Assembly: GCA_944386495.1 (NCBI GenBank)
Contig: CALXBE010000010.1
Coordinates: forward strand, 2,822-66,821
Direction of reading: 5' to 3'
Length of the DNA: 64,000 nt
Source: an uncultured Gemmiger sp.
Lineage (GTDB): Bacteria; Bacillota; Clostridia; Oscillospirales; Ruminococcaceae
The position numbers were made by a program, and so were the translations under genes. Shown piece by piece: positions 9,053 to 18,703 of the stretch (the first letter of the stretch is position 1; every line of letters starts with the position of its first letter). The notes beneath the pieces are model-generated. The model was not told the DNA's origin. It worked only from the letters and a program-made list of their open reading frames with translations, and made no database searches.

Positions 9053-10282
9053 ATGGCAAAAATAGCGATTATGGGGTTCGGCACCGTAGGCAGCGGCGTG
9101 TTGGAAGTGATTCGCCGGAATGCTCAGAGCATCAGCCGTCGTGTGGGTGAACCGGTGGAAGTTAAATATATCCTGGATGTCCGGGATTTCTCCGGTCATC
9201 CGGATGCTGACCTCTTTGTAAATAATCTGGATGTGATTCTGCAGGACCCTGAAATCAAAGTGGTGGTGGAAACCATTGGCGGTACTAAATTTGCCTATCC
9301 CTATGTGAAGGCTGTTCTTGAAAGTGGCCGGAGCGTCTGCACCAGCAACAAAGAAATGGTTGCCACCTACGGCGCAGAACTGCTTGCACTGGCAAAATCT
9401 CATGGTGCGGCTTTCCTGTTTGAAGCCAGCGTGGGCGGCGGTACTCCCATTATCACTCCCATGCATCAGTGTCTGGTGGCTAACAACATCAGCGAGGTGG
9501 AAGGCATTGTAAACGGCACCACCAATTTCATGCTGACCAAAATGAAGACCGAAAGCATGGGATTTGAAGAGGCCCTGAAAATCGCTCAGGACCTGGGTTA
9601 TGCTGAAACAAAGGACCCGGGAGATGATGTGGATGGTCGGGATGCCTGCCGGAAAATTGCAATTCTCGCCAGCCTTGCCTATGGTCAGCATGTTTATCCC
9701 GCAAATATTCCCACTCGCGGAATCAAAGACATTACCGTTCTGGATATCAAGGCCGCCGAAAAGCTGGATTGTGCTATCAAGCTGATTGCCTGGGCCCGCC
9801 GGGATGAAGCCGGAAACATTGCAGCCGGTGTGGAGCCTATGCTGGTCTCCAGTGAAAATCAGCTGGCCGGTGTGGATGATGTGTTCAATGCTGTCCTCAT
9901 GAAAGGGGATATGCTTGGTGATGTGGTCTTCTACGGCAAGGGCGCGGGAAAACTGCCCACTGCCAGTGCCGTGGTGGCAGATGTAATTGATGCCCTGAAG
10001 AACGGAGCAAAAGTCCATGACAGCCTCTTCTGGCAGCCCAGCATTCCCTATGAAGGTATGTTGGAAGACACTTCCGCTTCCGTTACCTACCTGCGTACCA
10101 AAGGCCTCGCCCCTGAAGTAATGAACACTCTCTTTGGGGAAGGGGAAGTGGTTCTGCGGCAGGAAGATCAGGTGTGTTATCTGGCCCAGTCCATGACCCT
10201 CAAGGAGTTGGAGGATGTCAAGCCTAAGGTCAGCGCCCTGGGCGGAGAGATCCAGCTGTTTATGCGCCGGCTGGAACAGTAA
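9053..10282 (+). CDS. hom: Homoserine dehydrogenase
   Basis: 409 aa with 'IAIMGFGTVGSGV', 'VCTSNKEMVA', 'FEASVGGGTPII' and a C-terminal ACT-like tail. Confidence 0.9.
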   Translation: MAKIAIMGFGTVGSGVLEVIRRNAQSISRRVGEPVEVKYILDVRDFSGHPDADLFVNNLDVILQDPEIKVVVETIGGTKFAYPYVKAVLESGRSVCTSNKEMVATYGAELLALAKSHGAAFLFEASVGGGTPIITPMHQCLVANNISEVEGIVNGTTNFMLTKMKTESMGFEEALKIAQDLGYAETKDPGDDVDGRDACRKIAILASLAYGQHVYPANIPTRGIKDITVLDIKAAEKLDCAIKLIAWARRDEAGNIAAGVEPMLVSSENQLAGVDDVFNAVLMKGDMLGDVVFYGKGAGKLPTASAVVADVIDALKNGAKVHDSLFWQPSIPYEGMLEDTSASVTYLRTKGLAPEVMNTLFGEGEVVLRQEDQVCYLAQSMTLKELEDVKPKVSALGGEIQLFMRRLEQ

Positions 10283-10295
10283 GGAGGAATTCCCA

Positions 10296-11186
10296 GTGAT
10301 TCGGGTAAAAGTACCTGCAACCAGCGCTAATGTAGGCGCCGGATTTGACTCTTTGGGACTGGCAGTTTCCCTTTATAATGAGTTTACTTTTGAAGAGGCA
10401 GAGCGGTTGGAAATCGTTTCTCTGGATGAAACCCCCATTCCCACCGGCCCTTCCAACCTGGTCTACCGCAGTGCAAAAGCAGTATATGATCAGTTGTCCA
10501 TTCCCATGCCAGGGCTGAAGATCACCCAGAAGAATGCCATTCCCATGGCACGGGGACTGGGGTCCAGCTCCAGCTGTATCGTGGCTGGCATCCTGGGTGC
10601 CAATGCTCTTTTGGGCAATAAGTTGACCAGCCGTCAGATGCTGACCATGGCTACTGCCATTGAAGGCCATCCTGACAATGTGGCCCCGGCTATGCTGGGC
10701 GGTTTTGTTACCAGCGTGTTTGACGAGGGCCAGGTATACAGTGTAAAGAAAAACATTGACTCCGGACTTGCTTTTGCGGCTTTTATTCCGGACTTTAAGC
10801 TTCTCACCGAAAAAGCCCGGGCGGCCCTTCCCAAAACCGTTGCCCATAAGGATGCGGTTTATAACCTGTCCCGTGCAGCTTTGGCCACGGCAGCTTTCTG
10901 TGACGGCAACTATGAGCTTCTCAGCATCGCTACCAAGGATGTGCTCCATCAGCCCTACCGGCTGCCTCTGATTGAGGGAGGAGAGGAACTGTTCTCCACC
11001 ATGCATGACTTGGGAGCGCTGGCAGTATACATTTCCGGGGCAGGCCCCACCATTATGGCGGTGGTTCCCAAGGAGGATCACACCTTCTTTATCCAGGCCC
11101 AGAAAGCTCTGGACACGGTTCCTGAACTGAAAAGATTCAGCTTGTATGCCCTGTCTGCAGATAACATTGGAGCCACAGTGGAATAA
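10296..11186 (+). CDS. thrB: Homoserine kinase
   Basis: GTG start after AAGGAGG. GHMP motifs 'VPATSANVGAGFDSLG' and 'IPMARGLGSSSS' are present. Confidence 0.9.
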   Translation: MIRVKVPATSANVGAGFDSLGLAVSLYNEFTFEEAERLEIVSLDETPIPTGPSNLVYRSAKAVYDQLSIPMPGLKITQKNAIPMARGLGSSSSCIVAGILGANALLGNKLTSRQMLTMATAIEGHPDNVAPAMLGGFVTSVFDEGQVYSVKKNIDSGLAFAAFIPDFKLLTEKARAALPKTVAHKDAVYNLSRAALATAAFCDGNYELLSIATKDVLHQPYRLPLIEGGEELFSTMHDLGALAVYISGAGPTIMAVVPKEDHTFFIQAQKALDTVPELKRFSLYALSADNIGATVE

Positions 11187-11265
11187 AATAAGGATACAAC
11201 CAGACAAAAGGCGGCAGGCGCCGCTTTTGAATAGGCCGGCGGTGCCGGTGTAAGGAGGAATTGAA

Positions 11266-12474
11266 ATGGCTTTGATCGTGCAGAAATTCGGCGGCACTTC
11301 CGTAAAGGACCGCAGCCGGATTTATAATGTGGCACGGATTGTTGCCGACACCCGCAATGCGGGAAACGATGTTGTGGTAGTGGTAAGTGCCCAGGGTGAC
11401 ACCACCGACGATCTGATTGAGAAGGCTGCTGAAATCACCAGCAATCCTTCCGCCCGGGAAATGGATATGCTGCTGGCTACCGGTGAGCAGATTTCTATCG
11501 CCCTGCTGACTATGGCTCTCAATGAGATCGGTTGCCCGGCTATCAGCCTGACTGGCTGGCAGGCCGGCTTTAAGACCGACCGGGCCTACACCAAGGCACG
11601 GATTCACCGGATGGATACCGAGCGCCTGGAAAGCGAACTGGGCAGAGGCCGTGTGGTGGTTTGCGCCGGCTTCCAGGGAATCAACCGGATGGACGACATT
11701 ACCACTCTGGGCCGAGGCGGAAGCGATACCAGTGCTGTAGCCATTGCGGCGGCTCTGCACGCAGACCGGTGCCAGATTTTTACTGATGTGGAAGGCGTTT
11801 ATACTGCCGATCCCCGTAAGATTCCCAACGCCAAAAAACTGAAAGAAATCACTTTTGACGAAATGCTGGAGCTGGCCTCTCTGGGAGCCCAGGTCCTGAA
11901 TAACCGCAGCGTTGAGCTTGGCAAAAAATACGGAGTGGAGATGGAAGTGCTGTCCAGCCTGAATCCCATGCCCGGTACTATTGTTAGGGAGGTTTGCAAA
12001 GATATGGAAGGTATGTTGATCAAGGGCGTTGCCCGGGACGATGATGTAGCTGTAATCTCTATTCTGGAGGTGCCGGACCGTCCCGGTATGTCCTTCAAGG
12101 TGTTTGGTTCTCTGGCTCAGAAGAAAATCAATGTGGATATTATCCTCCAGTCTACCGGTCGGAACGGAAACAAGGACCTGACCTTTACCGTTCCTGCCAA
12201 GGATGCCGAGCTGGCTGTAGCCTGCCTGAAGGAAAACAGCGGCCGCATTGGCAGCAGTGACATTCATGTAAACCGTGATGTTGCCAAGGTCTCTATTGTG
12301 GGTGCCGGCATGCAGAGTCACGCAGGTGTAGCTTCCACCATGTTTGAAGCCCTCTATGAGGCAAACATCAATATTATGATGATTTCCACCAGCGAAATCA
12401 AAATCAGCGTGATTCTGGATAAGAAGGATGCTGAGCAAGCTGTCCGCGCCATTCACAGCGCATTTGTTCACTAA
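11266..12474 (+). CDS. Aspartate kinase (with C-terminal ACT pair)
   Basis: 402 aa beginning 'MALIVQKFGGTSV', with 'TTLGRGGSDTSA' and 'TDVEGVYTADPR'. Confidence 0.9.
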   Translation: MALIVQKFGGTSVKDRSRIYNVARIVADTRNAGNDVVVVVSAQGDTTDDLIEKAAEITSNPSAREMDMLLATGEQISIALLTMALNEIGCPAISLTGWQAGFKTDRAYTKARIHRMDTERLESELGRGRVVVCAGFQGINRMDDITTLGRGGSDTSAVAIAAALHADRCQIFTDVEGVYTADPRKIPNAKKLKEITFDEMLELASLGAQVLNNRSVELGKKYGVEMEVLSSLNPMPGTIVREVCKDMEGMLIKGVARDDDVAVISILEVPDRPGMSFKVFGSLAQKKINVDIILQSTGRNGNKDLTFTVPAKDAELAVACLKENSGRIGSSDIHVNRDVAKVSIVGAGMQSHAGVASTMFEALYEANINIMMISTSEIKISVILDKKDAEQAVRAIHSAFVH

Positions 12475-12496
12475 TTACCAGAGGGGTTTTTATACG

Positions 12497-12532
12497 GGAG
12501 GCAGAGCAATAGGCTCTGCCTCCTGCTTTTTT
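12497..12532 (+). terminator. Rho-independent terminator after the aspartate kinase gene
   Basis: 11-bp stem GGAGGCAGAGC/GCTCTGCCTCC followed by TGCTTTTTT. Confidence 0.75.
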
Positions 12533-12639
12533 AAAAGTAAAAGGGTTCGGGTTTACTTTGGGAATACAAAAGCGTATAATGGATAAAGTATTTAAATTGG
12601 TGGTCTATGCTCTTTGGCAGACAGAAAGGGAAAACGCAT

Positions 12640-13461
12640 ATGCAGAAACGAGAGATGCCCGCATCTTCCCGGCGCCGGTTTACCCGCAGGCAGATTATGC
12701 GCAACCGGATTATTTTTGCACTTATATGTGTGGCAATCATAGTGTTGATTGCTTCTTTTATTGCCCGGTTGGCGGGAGGGAAGAATGACGAACCCTCCGG
12801 GCAAAATGAAGGGGAGGCACTTTCCGGGGAACTGTCCTCTCCGGCTCCGGATGCCACCGCAACCCCCAAGCCATATCCGGTGGATATGACTGACTGGCGG
12901 ATGATTCTGGTCAATGGTTCTAACCCTGTGCCGGATGGGTACACGGTAGAAACCCAGTTGGCAGATTCCTACACAGGAAAGGAACTGCAAAAGGAAGCTG
13001 CGGAACAGTATGCCGCTATGAAGGAGGCAGCTCAGGCAGAGGGAATTCAGCTGATTCTCTGCTCCGCCTATCGCAGCGTGGATTACCAGACGGGACTTTT
13101 TGAAAATGAAAAGGCAGAGTGGCTGGCTCAAGGGTATTCCGAAGAGGAAGCCTACAACAAAGCCGCCACGGTGGTTGCCATCCCGGGCTATTCTGAGCAT
13201 AATACCGGCCTGGCAGCTGATATTGTTACTCCGGAATACCAGGACCTCAGCGAGGGCTTTGAGGATACACCTGCTTTTGAATGGCTCAGTCAGCATGCAG
13301 GGGAGTATGGCTTCATTCTCAGATATCCGGAAGGATTGCAGGATGTGACCGGAATTATTTATGAGCCCTGGCATTATCGGTATGTTGGGGTAGAAAATGC
13401 AAAGTATATTCAGGAATCCGGCCTCTGCCTGGAACAGTTTGTAGAGCTTATGGCCGAATAA
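12640..13461 (+). CDS. VanY/M15B-family D-alanyl-D-alanine carboxypeptidase, membrane anchored
   Basis: 'SAYRSVDYQ', 'SEHNTGLAADI' and 'EPWHYRYVG' form the Zn-ligand/catalytic pattern of VanY-type peptidases. There is an N-terminal TM helix. Confidence 0.8.
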   Translation: MQKREMPASSRRRFTRRQIMRNRIIFALICVAIIVLIASFIARLAGGKNDEPSGQNEGEALSGELSSPAPDATATPKPYPVDMTDWRMILVNGSNPVPDGYTVETQLADSYTGKELQKEAAEQYAAMKEAAQAEGIQLILCSAYRSVDYQTGLFENEKAEWLAQGYSEEEAYNKAATVVAIPGYSEHNTGLAADIVTPEYQDLSEGFEDTPAFEWLSQHAGEYGFILRYPEGLQDVTGIIYEPWHYRYVGVENAKYIQESGLCLEQFVELMAE

Positions 13462-13477
13462 TTTTTGGAGGAAACCA

Positions 13478-14755
13478 TTGGAACGCATCAATATAGCACC
13501 TGGTGTTTATCTCACCAGGCTTGAAGCAGAAAAATTCAACAGACAAAGAATCAGTATCCATTTCCAGTTCCCCAATCAGCGAGAGGATGCCACTGCTGCG
13601 GCGGTCCTGCCTCTGGTGCTGGAACGCGGATGGGCTGAGTGCCCGGATATGACCCAGCTCAGTCGTCAGCTGGCCCGGCTTTACGGGGCGAATCTGGGGG
13701 TGGATGCAACCCTGAACGGCGGGAACCGTGTGATCACGGTAGATATTTCCGGCATTAAAAATGAATTTGCCCTGGATGGGGAGGACCTGTCCGCTGAATA
13801 TGCCAAAATCGCTTTGGGGGTGGCATTCCATCCCTATCTGATTCAGGGAGAATTTGACCCGGAAGCGGTAGAAATCGAAAAGCAGAAGCTGGCTCAGCGG
13901 CTGGAAACTGAAATCAACGATAAGCGGCTTTACTGTGTACGGCAGGCTCGTCGTATCTTCTTTGCGGGTAGCCCTGCGGCAGTGGAGCGGGACGGTTATC
14001 TGGAGGAGGTCCCTCAGGTTACAGCCCATACTTTGAAAAAGGTCTATGACCGGATGGTTTCTACCGCCACCATTGATGTGATGGTTCAGGGCGGAGATGC
14101 AGATAAGGTGAAAAAGCAGCTGGAAAGCTGCCTGGCAGGGCTGAACCGTCAGCCTGCCAAACTGATAGAAAACCTGGCCATGCCTGTAACAGAACTCCGT
14201 CATAAGGAAGAGTATTTCGACATGGTTCAGGCAAAACTCTGCATGATGTTTACCTGGGAATCGCCCATGACCTCGGCAGACCTGAATGCTGCCCGGCTGG
14301 CTATGTCCCTGTTTGGCGGAAGTGTCAGCAGCCGCCTGTTCCTGAATGTGCGGGAAAAGCAAAGCCTTTGCTACTATTGCGCCAGCACCTGTTCCACCAT
14401 GACCGGTGCCATGGTTGTGGACAGCGGTGTGGAGCCGGCCAACGCCAAGAAGGCTGAGGCGGCCATTCTTAAGGAATGGGAAAATCTGAAAACCGGAGAA
14501 ATCACCGATGAAGAACTGGAGGACTGCCGCCGCAGTCTTTTGTCCGGAATGGATGCAGTGGGGGATTCTCTGGAAGGGGAAGAAAACTGGTATTATATGC
14601 AGATCTGCCGGGGAGAACCGCTTGTGTCTCCCAGCAAGGGAAAAGAGGCTTTGCTGGCAGTGACCCGGGAAGATGTACGGAGAATTCTGAAAGGATTCCA
14701 TTATTCTCTGGGATATCTGCTGACCCGAAAGGAGAACGGATATGAAACCTTATGA
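13478..14755 (+). CDS. M16-family peptidase-like protein (no HxxEH motif seen, probably the non-catalytic partner)
   Basis: TTG start with a GGAGG RBS. It is 425 aa, overlaps the next M16 gene, and has M16 C-terminal-domain-like composition. Confidence 0.7.
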   Translation: MERINIAPGVYLTRLEAEKFNRQRISIHFQFPNQREDATAAAVLPLVLERGWAECPDMTQLSRQLARLYGANLGVDATLNGGNRVITVDISGIKNEFALDGEDLSAEYAKIALGVAFHPYLIQGEFDPEAVEIEKQKLAQRLETEINDKRLYCVRQARRIFFAGSPAAVERDGYLEEVPQVTAHTLKKVYDRMVSTATIDVMVQGGDADKVKKQLESCLAGLNRQPAKLIENLAMPVTELRHKEEYFDMVQAKLCMMFTWESPMTSADLNAARLAMSLFGGSVSSRLFLNVREKQSLCYYCASTCSTMTGAMVVDSGVEPANAKKAEAAILKEWENLKTGEITDEELEDCRRSLLSGMDAVGDSLEGEENWYYMQICRGEPLVSPSKGKEALLAVTREDVRRILKGFHYSLGYLLTRKENGYETL

Positions 14756-16013
14756 GCAGGCGGCCAGGACCGTCGAATACAAGACCCTGACCCTTCCCAG
14801 TGGTCTTACCGTTCTTATCCGTCCAATGCCCGGGTACAGTGCAGTTCACGCCATTTATGCAACCAAGTTCGGAGCCATTGACCGGGACTTCAAGGTAGAC
14901 GGAAAAGAAGTTCATCTTCCGGCAGGCGTTGCCCATTTTCTGGAACACAAAATGTTTGAGAGCGAGGACGGGGACGCATTTGCAAAATATGCAAAGACCG
15001 GAGCGAACGCCAACGCCTACACCGGATTTGACCGTACTGCCTATATTTTTACGGCCAGCAGTAAAATAGACGAAAGCCTGGATGTGCTTTTGGGAATGGT
15101 AGGCAACCCTTATTTCACTCCCCAGACTATCCAGAAGGAGCAGGGGATCATCGGGCAGGAAATCAAAATGTACGATGACAGCGTGGACTGGCGGCTTATG
15201 ATGGCAATGTTCCAGTCCATGTACGAGAAGCATCCTCTCCGGGATGATATCGCTGGCAGTGTGGAGAGCATTGCTCAAATCACTCCTGAAATGCTTTACG
15301 ACTGCTGTAAAGCATTTTATCGCCCTGAAAATATGGTCCTTGCCCTGGCCGGAAATATTACGGAAAAACAGGTGATGGATGCTTGCCGACGGGAAGGTTT
15401 GGATAAACCTTCTGCCCCTGTAAAGGTGGAACGGCTCATGCCTGAAGAGTCTGCCCTGCCCTGGAGAAGGGAATACGAGATTTCCATGCCCATTGTGCAG
15501 ACCGGTTTTGGACTTGCGTTCAAGGAACAGCCGGTAGAGAAGGGCAACCTGAAACGGGAAATTATTTATGATTTGCTGCCCGATCTGATTTGCGGAGGGA
15601 TGACCCCTCTTTACCGCCGTCTTTACGATGAGGGGCTGGTAAACCCGGAATTTGACGGGGAGACCCTTATGGTAGACGGTGCTGCCTGTGTCCTGTTTAC
15701 CGGAGAAAGCAATCAGTGCGACAGGGTGCTGGAACTTCTCCGGGAGGAAATCCAGAGGATCAAAGCCCAGGGCATTGAGGAAGAACTGTTTACCCTGGTG
15801 AAAAACCAGCTCTACGGCGAAGCCATTGTGGATATGGAAAGTGTGGTAGATGCTGCCAGCAGCATGGCCAGCGCTCACCAGCACGGACGGACCCTGTATG
15901 ATGGAATTCGGACCTTGGCAGCCCTGACCAAGGAAGATGTGGACAGGGAATTGGCCACCATGCTGGACCCCGATACCTCGGTGGTGGTGAAGATACTGCC
16001 TCAGAAATCCTGA
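14742..16013 (+). CDS. M16-family zinc peptidase (pitrilysin family)
   Basis: The inverted zinc motif 'HFLEHKMFE' (HxxEH) lies near the N-terminus. 423 aa. Confidence 0.85.
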   Translation: MKPYEQAARTVEYKTLTLPSGLTVLIRPMPGYSAVHAIYATKFGAIDRDFKVDGKEVHLPAGVAHFLEHKMFESEDGDAFAKYAKTGANANAYTGFDRTAYIFTASSKIDESLDVLLGMVGNPYFTPQTIQKEQGIIGQEIKMYDDSVDWRLMMAMFQSMYEKHPLRDDIAGSVESIAQITPEMLYDCCKAFYRPENMVLALAGNITEKQVMDACRREGLDKPSAPVKVERLMPEESALPWRREYEISMPIVQTGFGLAFKEQPVEKGNLKREIIYDLLPDLICGGMTPLYRRLYDEGLVNPEFDGETLMVDGAACVLFTGESNQCDRVLELLREEIQRIKAQGIEEELFTLVKNQLYGEAIVDMESVVDAASSMASAHQHGRTLYDGIRTLAALTKEDVDRELATMLDPDTSVVVKILPQKS

Positions 16014-16029
16014 AAGGAATATAAAAGAT

Positions 16030-17076
16030 ATGAATGTAATTCAATTTCCGGCATTGGGCCTGGAGTTTACCATAAACAGAATTGCTTTTACCCTTTTGGG
16101 AGTAGATGTGTATTGGTATGGAATCATCCTGGCCACCGGTCTGCTTTTGGGAATGGTTTTTGCCTTCCATTATGCTTCTGATTTTGGCATCGATAGTGAT
16201 CGGCTGGTGGATGTTGTATTTATCGGTACTATTATGGCCATTATCTGCGCCAGAATTTATTATGTGGCGTTTGTGCCCTATGACTATTCCAGTATCTGGG
16301 AGATGCTGGATATTCGGGACGGCGGAATCGGCATTTATGGCGCCTTGGTAGGAGCTTTCGTTTTCGGCGGACTGGCCTGCCGCTGGAGGAAGATTCCCCT
16401 CCTGGCTACTTTTGACCTGGTTTCCATGGGATTCCTCATTGGGCAGGGAATTGGCCGCTGGGGCAATTTTGTAAACCAGGAAGCCTTTGGGACCAATACC
16501 ACTCTTCCCTGGGGTATGTACAGTCAGGCCACCGCTTCCTACCTTGCCTCCCATCAGGAACTTCTGGCACAGGAAGGAATGATGGTAAACCCTTCTCTGC
16601 CGGTCCATCCCACCTTCCTTTATGAGAGCATTACCTGCTTGGCAGGGTTCCTGATTTTCTGGGCACTGATGAAAAAGCGCCAGTATAATGGTCAGCTTTT
16701 TGTCTGGTATCTTATCTGGAACGGAGCCAACCGGTTCTGGATCGAGGGACTTAGAACGGACAGTCTCATGTTCAGCGTGGAACTGAACCTCCGGTCCAGC
16801 CAGGTGCTGGCGCTGGGCATGGTGCTTTTCGGGATTGTAGTGGAGGTTTATATGCACCGGAAGGGTAAGAGCCAGCTTCAGGTTCCTTTGGCCATCTCCA
16901 GTGCGGCCCTCAAAAAGCTGGCGGGAAAAGAGGAAACAACAGAGTTTGTTCATGCCTCTCTTCCGGCAAGCGCCAGCCATAAAGAATTTGTGAGCGCAAC
17001 TGCGGAAATGAATGAGTCTATCCTGAAAGACAATATTGAACAGGAGGAACCGGACGATGGCAGCAGTGAAGATTGA
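16030..17076 (+). CDS. lgt: Prolipoprotein diacylglyceryl transferase with a roughly 70-aa acidic C-terminal extension
   Basis: 'GIGRWGNFVNQEAFG' and 'HPTFLYES' are Lgt signatures. The tail overlaps the folD start. Confidence 0.9.
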   Translation: MNVIQFPALGLEFTINRIAFTLLGVDVYWYGIILATGLLLGMVFAFHYASDFGIDSDRLVDVVFIGTIMAIICARIYYVAFVPYDYSSIWEMLDIRDGGIGIYGALVGAFVFGGLACRWRKIPLLATFDLVSMGFLIGQGIGRWGNFVNQEAFGTNTTLPWGMYSQATASYLASHQELLAQEGMMVNPSLPVHPTFLYESITCLAGFLIFWALMKKRQYNGQLFVWYLIWNGANRFWIEGLRTDSLMFSVELNLRSSQVLALGMVLFGIVVEVYMHRKGKSQLQVPLAISSAALKKLAGKEETTEFVHASLPASASHKEFVSATAEMNESILKDNIEQEEPDDGSSED

Positions 17077-17914
17077 CGGTAAGGTACTGGCAGCCCAGGT
17101 AAAAGAGGAAGTGGCGCAGGAAGTGATCCGCCTGAAAGCCCGGGGCATTGAGCCCTGTCTGGCTGTTATCCAGGTAGGAAACAATCCCGCCAGCACCGCC
17201 TATGTGAACGGCAAAGAACGGGACTGCGGCGAGTGTGGGATTAAGAGCCTTGTTCTCCGTCTGCCCGAGAAAACCACCCAGGAACAGCTTCTGGAAACCA
17301 TGGCCAAGCTCACTGCCGACCCTACGGTTCATGGTCTGCTGGTGCAGCTTCCTTTACCAAAGCACATTTCAGAGGAAGCCGTGATTGAAGCCATCCCTCC
17401 TGAAAAAGATGTGGATGGATTCACCCCCATCAATGTGGGAAATATGACTATTGGCAAACCCTGCTTTTTGCCCTGCACTCCTGCCGGATGCATCCGGATG
17501 ATTCAGTCTACCGGAGTTTCCATGGCAGGGAAGCAGGCGGTGGTGCTCGGCCGGAGCAATATTGTAGGTAAACCTGCCGCTCTGCTGCTGCTCCGGGAGA
17601 ATGCTACGGTCACCATCTGCCACAGCAAGACCCAAAATCTGAAAGAAATCTGCCGACAAGCGGATATTCTGGTGGCAGCCATCGGAAAAGAGGCTTTCGT
17701 TACCGGAGATATGATCAAGGAAGGCGCTGTGGTCATCGATGTGGGAATCAACCGTGGTGCCGACGGTAAACTCCATGGGGATGTAGATTTTGCCGCCGCC
17801 ATGGAAAAAGCTGCATATGTTACCCCTGTTCCCGGTGGGGTGGGGCTTATGACCCGGGCTATGCTGATGGTGAACACTTTGCAGGCTGCAAAGCTGCAAA
17901 ACAGCATGAAATAA
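17057..17914 (+). CDS. folD: Bifunctional methylenetetrahydrofolate dehydrogenase/cyclohydrolase
   Basis: Start at 'MAAVKIDGK' after AGGAGG. 'VQLPLPKHI', 'GRSNIVGKP' and 'TPVPGGVG' are present. Confidence 0.9.
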   Translation: MAAVKIDGKVLAAQVKEEVAQEVIRLKARGIEPCLAVIQVGNNPASTAYVNGKERDCGECGIKSLVLRLPEKTTQEQLLETMAKLTADPTVHGLLVQLPLPKHISEEAVIEAIPPEKDVDGFTPINVGNMTIGKPCFLPCTPAGCIRMIQSTGVSMAGKQAVVLGRSNIVGKPAALLLLRENATVTICHSKTQNLKEICRQADILVAAIGKEAFVTGDMIKEGAVVIDVGINRGADGKLHGDVDFAAAMEKAAYVTPVPGGVGLMTRAMLMVNTLQAAKLQNSMK

Positions 17915-17924
17915 AATATCCAAA

Positions 17925-17949
17925 AAGAGGAAATATCCTCTTGCTTTTT
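17925..17949 (+). terminator. Short terminator after folD
   Basis: Stem AAGAGGA/TCCTCTT with a 4-nt loop, followed by GCTTTTT. Confidence 0.55.
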
Positions 17950-17969
17950 GACAATACTTATGGTATAGT
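17941..17969 (+). promoter_or_regulatory. Putative sigma-A promoter of the rplU-rpmA operon, followed by a ~90-nt leader
   Basis: TTGCTT, 17-nt spacer, TGgTATAGT (extended -10). The leader 17970-18056 might correspond to an L21-leader type element, but I could not verify its structure. Confidence 0.4.
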
Positions 17970-18056
17970 ATTAGGGCCGCATGGTGTGGGCAAATAAGAG
18001 CTGTGCAACATTCAGCCGCCAAAACCAGCGAGACTTATTTAAGTGAGGAATGCACA

Positions 18057-18368
18057 ATGTACGCAGTTATCGTTACCGGTGGCAAACAGTACCGGGTACA
18101 GGAAGGCGATACCATCTACATCGAGAAGCTGTCTGTTGAAGACGGCGCAGCTGTGAGCTTCGATCAGGTTCTGGCTGTTGGCGAGGATGGCAACATGAAG
18201 TTCGGCACCCCCGTTGTTGAAGGCGCTGCTGTTGAAGGCAAGGCTGTCAAGACCGGCAAGGGCAAGAAGCTGAACATCATCACCTATCGGCCCAAGAAGG
18301 GCAGCATGGTTCGCAAGGGCCATCGTCAGCCTTTCACCAAGGTCGAGATTACCAGCATTAAGGCATAA
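18057..18368 (+). CDS. rplU: 50S ribosomal protein L21
   Basis: '[25 protein letters not shown]...'. Confidence 0.95.
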   Translation: MYAVIVTGGKQYRVQEGDTIYIEKLSVEDGAAVSFDQVLAVGEDGNMKFGTPVVEGAAVEGKAVKTGKGKKLNIITYRPKKGSMVRKGHRQPFTKVEITSIKA

Positions 18369-18382
18369 GGAGGAAGCGAACA

Positions 18383-18631
18383 ATGGCACATAAAAAGGGC
18401 GTAGGTTCTACTAAGAACGGTCGTGACTCCGAGTCCAAGCGTCTTGGCGTCAAGCGCGCAGACGGACAGTTTGTCAAGGCTGGCAACATCCTGGTTCGTC
18501 AGCGTGGCACTCACATCCATCCCGGCGAGAATGTCGGCATTGGCAGCGATGATACCCTCTTTGCTCTGACTGACGGTCGTGTCAGCTTCGAGCGTTGGGG
18601 CCGTGATCGCAAGAAGTGCAGCGTGCGGTAA
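18383..18631 (+). CDS. rpmA: 50S ribosomal protein L27 (no N-terminal propeptide)
   Basis: '[24 protein letters not shown]...', with GGAGGA upstream. Confidence 0.95.
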   Translation: MAHKKGVGSTKNGRDSESKRLGVKRADGQFVKAGNILVRQRGTHIHPGENVGIGSDDTLFALTDGRVSFERWGRDRKKCSVR

Positions 18632-18648
18632 GCACCAACCAAGAACAA

Positions 18649-18676
18649 AGCCGGGCCGTTTTGGCTCGGCTTTTTC
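18649..18676 (+). terminator. Terminator/attenuator between rpmA and obg
   Basis: Stem AGCCGGGCC/GGCTCGGCT (one G-U pair) followed by TTTTT. Confidence 0.55.
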
Positions 18677-18703
18677 TGTATCAAAACAGGAGGTACTTTC
18701 TGT

